64,000 bases of DNA. Origin: Candidatus Spongiisociaceae bacterium (GTDB lineage: Bacteria > Actinomycetota > Acidimicrobiia > Spongiisociales > Spongiisociaceae). Both the position numbers and the translations under genes were made by a program. Position 1 is the stretch's first letter. Each line of letters begins with the position of its first letter. The stretch is from assembly GCA_965202665.1 (NCBI GenBank), contig OZ241841.1:256001-320000 (forward strand), given 5' to 3'. This document shows positions 60,534 to 64,000 of this stretch, in pieces. The notes beneath the pieces are model-generated. The model was not told the origin of the DNA, searched no databases, and worked only from the letters and a program-made list of their open reading frames with translations.

Positions 60534-61571
60534 TCAACCGGAACCGGCCAGGCTTTCATCCAGGTTCTCCCCCACCTGTTCCACCGCCGAAATGGTCCGC
60601 CCGTAATCCATCCGCATGGGCCCGATCACCCCCACCCGGCCGGCCGGGTCGCCCTCATCGGCCCCGTAACTGGTGGAAACCAGGGAAATGTCGGCCGGGG
60701 CCTCCAAACCCAGTTCCCCGCCGATGCGCACCGAAGTTCCGTCCGGCATACGGGACAGCGCTTCCAACAGGGCCGCTTCCCGCTCCAGCACCTCCAACAC
60801 CCCCCGCACCTTGGCCATGTCCCCCCAGGCGTCGGCCAGGTAACTGGCGGGCCCCACGAACAGCTGGCGATCCTCGTCGGCGATGCGCGACAAGGCTTCG
60901 GAGACGGCCCGCACCATGTCGGCCACCGCCTGGTTCTCCCCTTCCCCGATGTCCGCAGAGTCGGGGGCCGCCTCGGGCGCGGGGGCGGAGTCGGCCCCCA
61001 CCGAGGCGTCCACCAGCCGGCGGCGGATGATGCGCTCCGCCTCCTCCACCTCCCGCGGGTCGGCGGAGACGGCCAAGTTGAGGATGGCCTGGGACACCCG
61101 GCCCGACCGGGTGACCACCACCAACAGCACGGCGCTGGGCGCGGTTTGCACCAGATGCGCCGCTTTGATGATCTCCACTCCCAGTCCGGGGGCGGTCACC
61201 ACCGCCGGATAGCGGGTGATGTCGCTGAGCAGGGCGGTGGTGGCTTTCAGCAACCGTCCCAACTCGGAATGAACCGTTCCGAAAAATTCGGCGACGCGGA
61301 CGGCGGCGGCGGCATCGGGGGCGTAGGCCGGATGGCCCAGGGCGTCCACGTAACATCGGTAGGCGCGGGAGGTGGGCACCCGCCCGGCGGAGGTGTGCGG
61401 TTGCACGGCGTAGCCTTCCGCTTCCAGGACGGCCAGTTCGTTGCGCACCGTGGCCGCCGACACCGTCAGCCCGCCCGCTTCCAGGATGGCCCGCGAGCTG
61501 ACCGGCCCCCCGGTGCGGATATGCTCCTCCACCAGTATGCGGAGAATCTCCGACTTTCTCTCGTCCAGCAT
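60534..61571 (-). CDS. hrcA: Heat-inducible transcription repressor HrcA
   Basis: PVSS, SAATVRNE, QPHTSAGRVPT and GPMRMDY. Confidence 0.95.
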   Translation of the reverse strand: MLDERKSEILRILVEEHIRTGGPVSSRAILEAGGLTVSAATVRNELAVLEAEGYAVQPHTSAGRVPTSRAYRCYVDALGHPAYAPDAAAAVRVAEFFGTVHSELGRLLKATTALLSDITRYPAVVTAPGLGVEIIKAAHLVQTAPSAVLLVVVTRSGRVSQAILNLAVSADPREVEEAERIIRRRLVDASVGADSAPAPEAAPDSADIGEGENQAVADMVRAVSEALSRIADEDRQLFVGPASYLADAWGDMAKVRGVLEVLEREAALLEALSRMPDGTSVRIGGELGLEAPADISLVSTSYGADEGDPAGRVGVIGPMRMDYGRTISAVEQVGENLDESLAGSG

Positions 61572-61644
61572 CACCTTGAGTATATGCCGCCGATGTTCAT
61601 ACGGGGCGTCAGCCTGCGCGCCGCCTTGAACTTGTTCTCCCGCC

Positions 61645-61673
61645 TTGAACTTGCCGGCTGGGGCTGCTAACCT
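61645..61673 (+). promoter_or_regulatory. Sigma-70-type promoter of rpsT (probably leaderless)
   Basis: TTGAAC-17 bp-TAACCT with extended -10 TG; ATG 8 nt downstream. Confidence 0.65.
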
Positions 61674-61681
61674 GCCGGGCG

Positions 61682-61969
61682 ATGGCTCACACCAAGTCGC
61701 AGAAGAAACGCAACCGGCAGACGATCGCCCGCAACCGGCGCAACCGCGCCATTCGCTCCGAGTTGAACACCCGCACCCGCACCGTGCACGAGGCGGCGGA
61801 GGCCGGGGATGCGGAGCAGGCGGAGGCCGCGTTGCGGATGGCCCAAAAGCGCCTGGACCAGGCGGTTTCCAAAGGGGCCCTCAAGGCCAACACCGCCGCC
61901 CGCCGCAAATCAAGCCTGACCCGCCGGGTGCGTACCATGGAAACATCCAGCACCCCCACCGGGGAGTAA
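61682..61969 (+). CDS. rpsT: 30S ribosomal protein S20
   Basis: MAHTKSQKKR...RNR...KG...NTAARRKS. Confidence 0.95.
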   Translation: MAHTKSQKKRNRQTIARNRRNRAIRSELNTRTRTVHEAAEAGDAEQAEAALRMAQKRLDQAVSKGALKANTAARRKSSLTRRVRTMETSSTPTGE

Positions 61970-62023
61970 AGGCCCTCCGCCTCCTCCCGCAACCCGCCCC
62001 TCCGGGACGTTGGCCGGGAACTT

Positions 62024-63013
62024 TTACCGGGAATACCATCTGGCCAGGGCGACGGTGAGGCGCTCCATGGTCACCAGGTGGGTTTCCTCCGGCTTGCTCT
62101 TCAAAGTTTCATCGGCCCAACACAGGATGCCGATGGCCCGGCGTAAATTCTGGGCCGACATGGAGTTTCTCGCCCGCCAGGCTTTCTTAGTGGGGTAGGC
62201 CCCCGGAGAGGAGTTTATCCAGGCGGCGAAGGTGGCGATGTCGGGGGCGGCGGCGGCCAGGGCCCGCTTGCGGACATCGGTTTCCAGTACCGCGATCAGC
62301 ACCAGCGGATGGTTGTGCGTCAAAAAGTTGCGCAGGAAGCGCAGGGCCTTCACTTGATCGCCGTCGCTTATGGCGTCGGTGTAATCCCAAGTGGGGACGA
62401 CCGGGCGGTTGTCGAACCGTTCCTTGATCATCTCCGGGGTGATGTTCCCCTCCGCCATCTCCAACTGGCTGAGGGCCTGCTCCATCGCCCCCAAGTCGGA
62501 ACCGAATTTTTCTTTGAGGGCGGCGGCCGCCGCTTTCGGCAAACGCAGACCGTGCCGGCGGACGGCGGAGGCCAGCCACTCGGAGGCGTCCCCGGGTCGT
62601 ATTGGTTTAACGGAAACCGCCCGGCCATGCTCTTTGACGGTTTTTTTCAAAGGGGCGGCTACTTCCCCGGCGGAGACCAGCACCGCCCGGCACAGTTCCC
62701 GATCGGCGTTGTTCAGCAACTCGGCCAGCGCCTGGGCTTCAGCCGCTTTCAACTGCTGGGCGTCGACTATCAACACCCCGGTTTTGTCCATGAACATCGA
62801 GCCGGACTGCAGGGCGGGCACGGCCGGTTCCACCTCCGGGCGGATGGCCGCCTCCCCGGCCGCCGACTGGCCCCGGCCGGGGACGTCCACCCGCACCACG
62901 GAATCTTTCGGCCAGCCTTCTTCTTCAAAAACTTCCCCGGCCCGTTCCAGCATCTGATGGCGCTCCCCCGAACCGGCCGAGGGGGGTCCTTTGACATGAA
63001 CCAGAAAACTCAC
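62024..63013 (-). CDS. holA: DNA polymerase III delta subunit
   Basis: Convergent on rpsT (conserved synteny); size and the DLGAMEQAL and ADETLK segments fit HolA. Confidence 0.75.
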   Translation of the reverse strand: MSFLVHVKGPPSAGSGERHQMLERAGEVFEEEGWPKDSVVRVDVPGRGQSAAGEAAIRPEVEPAVPALQSGSMFMDKTGVLIVDAQQLKAAEAQALAELLNNADRELCRAVLVSAGEVAAPLKKTVKEHGRAVSVKPIRPGDASEWLASAVRRHGLRLPKAAAAALKEKFGSDLGAMEQALSQLEMAEGNITPEMIKERFDNRPVVPTWDYTDAISDGDQVKALRFLRNFLTHNHPLVLIAVLETDVRKRALAAAAPDIATFAAWINSSPGAYPTKKAWRARNSMSAQNLRRAIGILCWADETLKSKPEETHLVTMERLTVALARWYSR

Positions 63014-63738
63014 AGGTTCCACCCGCCCCCCACTTGCAGGAAGGCGCCGGTGACGTAGCCGGCCTGCGGGCTGAGCAGGTAATCCACCGCCCCCAGCGCG
63101 TCCTGAAATTTTCCCAGCCGTCCGGCCGGTATTTTCTCCGGGTCCCCCGGGGGATCGGAATTTTCCAGAACGCCGGGCAGGAGGGCGTTGACCGTCACCC
63201 CGTGGCGGGCTTCGGTGCGGGCCAAAGTGCGGGTTAAAATCAAAACCCCGGTTTTCCCCACCTGGTAGGGAAGAGTGCGGGGGCTGGCGACGATCCGTTC
63301 CGCCCGGGAGTCGGAAATGTTGATGATCCGCCCCCCGCCGTCCCGCAACAGGGGCAGGCAGGCCCGGCTGACGTAGAAGGCAGCCGAGACGGTGGAGGCC
63401 AGCTGGCGGTCCCACTGTTCAACGGAAATTTCATCGGGGTAGCCGGGCAGGAACTCGCCCACGTTGTTGACCAGGACATCCAGCCCGCCCATGGCCCGCG
63501 CCGCCTCCCCCACCAGGGATTCCGCCTCGGCGGGCTTGGCTACGTCGCCGGACACCAGGTGCGCCCGCCCCCCGGCCTCGCGGATGGCCCGCGCCGTCTC
63601 TTCCGCCTGCGGGCGGCTGCGCCGGTAGTGGACCGCCACTTCCCATCCCTTCTCGCCCAAATGCCGGGCGATGGCCCGGCCCAAGCCCCGGGCGGAACCG
63701 GTGACCAGCGCCCGTTGAAAAGTGTTTTCACCTTCCAT
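63010..63738 (-). CDS. SDR oxidoreductase (pteridine reductase-like)
   Basis: TGSARGLG, VHYRRS, NN and YQVGK. Confidence 0.88.
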   Translation of the reverse strand: MEGENTFQRALVTGSARGLGRAIARHLGEKGWEVAVHYRRSRPQAEETARAIREAGGRAHLVSGDVAKPAEAESLVGEAARAMGGLDVLVNNVGEFLPGYPDEISVEQWDRQLASTVSAAFYVSRACLPLLRDGGGRIINISDSRAERIVASPRTLPYQVGKTGVLILTRTLARTEARHGVTVNALLPGVLENSDPPGDPEKIPAGRLGKFQDALGAVDYLLSPQAGYVTGAFLQVGGGWNL

Positions 63739-63744
63739 GGGCGG

Positions 63745-64000
63745 CTACCTCGCTGCGACCGGGACGGGGCGGAGCGGGGTTTCCGCCGGAGAACCGGGCA
63801 AGCGGCCCATCAGCCGGGCGATGTCGGAGATGATTTCCGCATCGTGGATCCGCAACATGTCCGCCCCGGCCGCCATCGCCAGCGCCGCCAGGGCCGGAAT
63901 GCGGTGCCGGTCGTCTTTGCGGGGCACGGTGTACATCACCGGGGCCGGGGAGGCGGCGAAGACCCCCAGTTCTTCGGCCAACGCGAACTGCACCCGGGCG
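63745..64000 (-). CDS. C-terminus of a dihydropteroate synthase-like protein (partial)
   Basis: PRK and GADMLRIHD resemble the FolP SRK and GA..RVHD motifs. Confidence 0.65.
   Translation of the reverse strand, partial: ARVQFALAEELGVFAASPAPVMYTVPRKDDRHRIPALAALAMAAGADMLRIHDAEIISDIARLMGRLPGSPAETPLRPVPVAAR

Noticed and set aside
61575-61670. CIRCE or HAIR operator upstream of hrcA
   Set aside because: Only a CTTGAGT half-site and a weak TTAGCA-like half are present; no intact inverted repeat.

Overview
High-GC chromosomal window. Gene content suggests an actinobacterium, probably Acidimicrobiia (inference from cofD-cofE, the GT2/DUF5719-type pair, class II glyQS, the hrcA-dnaJ-phoH-ybeY-era-recO-uppS order and many leaderless genes). 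Most of it is housekeeping: F420 synthesis, envelope genes, acyl-CoA carboxylase and methylmalonyl-CoA mutase, aconitase, purine salvage, tRNA-Asn, and dnaG followed by a sigma factor. The main accessory feature is an AT-rich island (about 45.0-47.75 kb) between dnaG and yceI-glyQS. It holds two 2-gene modules: a ThsB-like TIR protein with a small 3-TM protein and no ThsA, and a 300-aa unknown protein with a PIN nuclease. Each module lies just downstream of a copy of the yceI 3' end, and the inner copy is a diverged yceI/glyQS chimera. Other oddities are a low-GC divergent sigma-70 gene between recO and uppS, an in-frame 72-bp repeat-spacer-repeat insertion with CRISPR-like geometry inside a VOC gene, and a dispersed intergenic CGCGAAAA..TACTTAGCGG motif. 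All calls come from reading motifs by eye; no searches were run.
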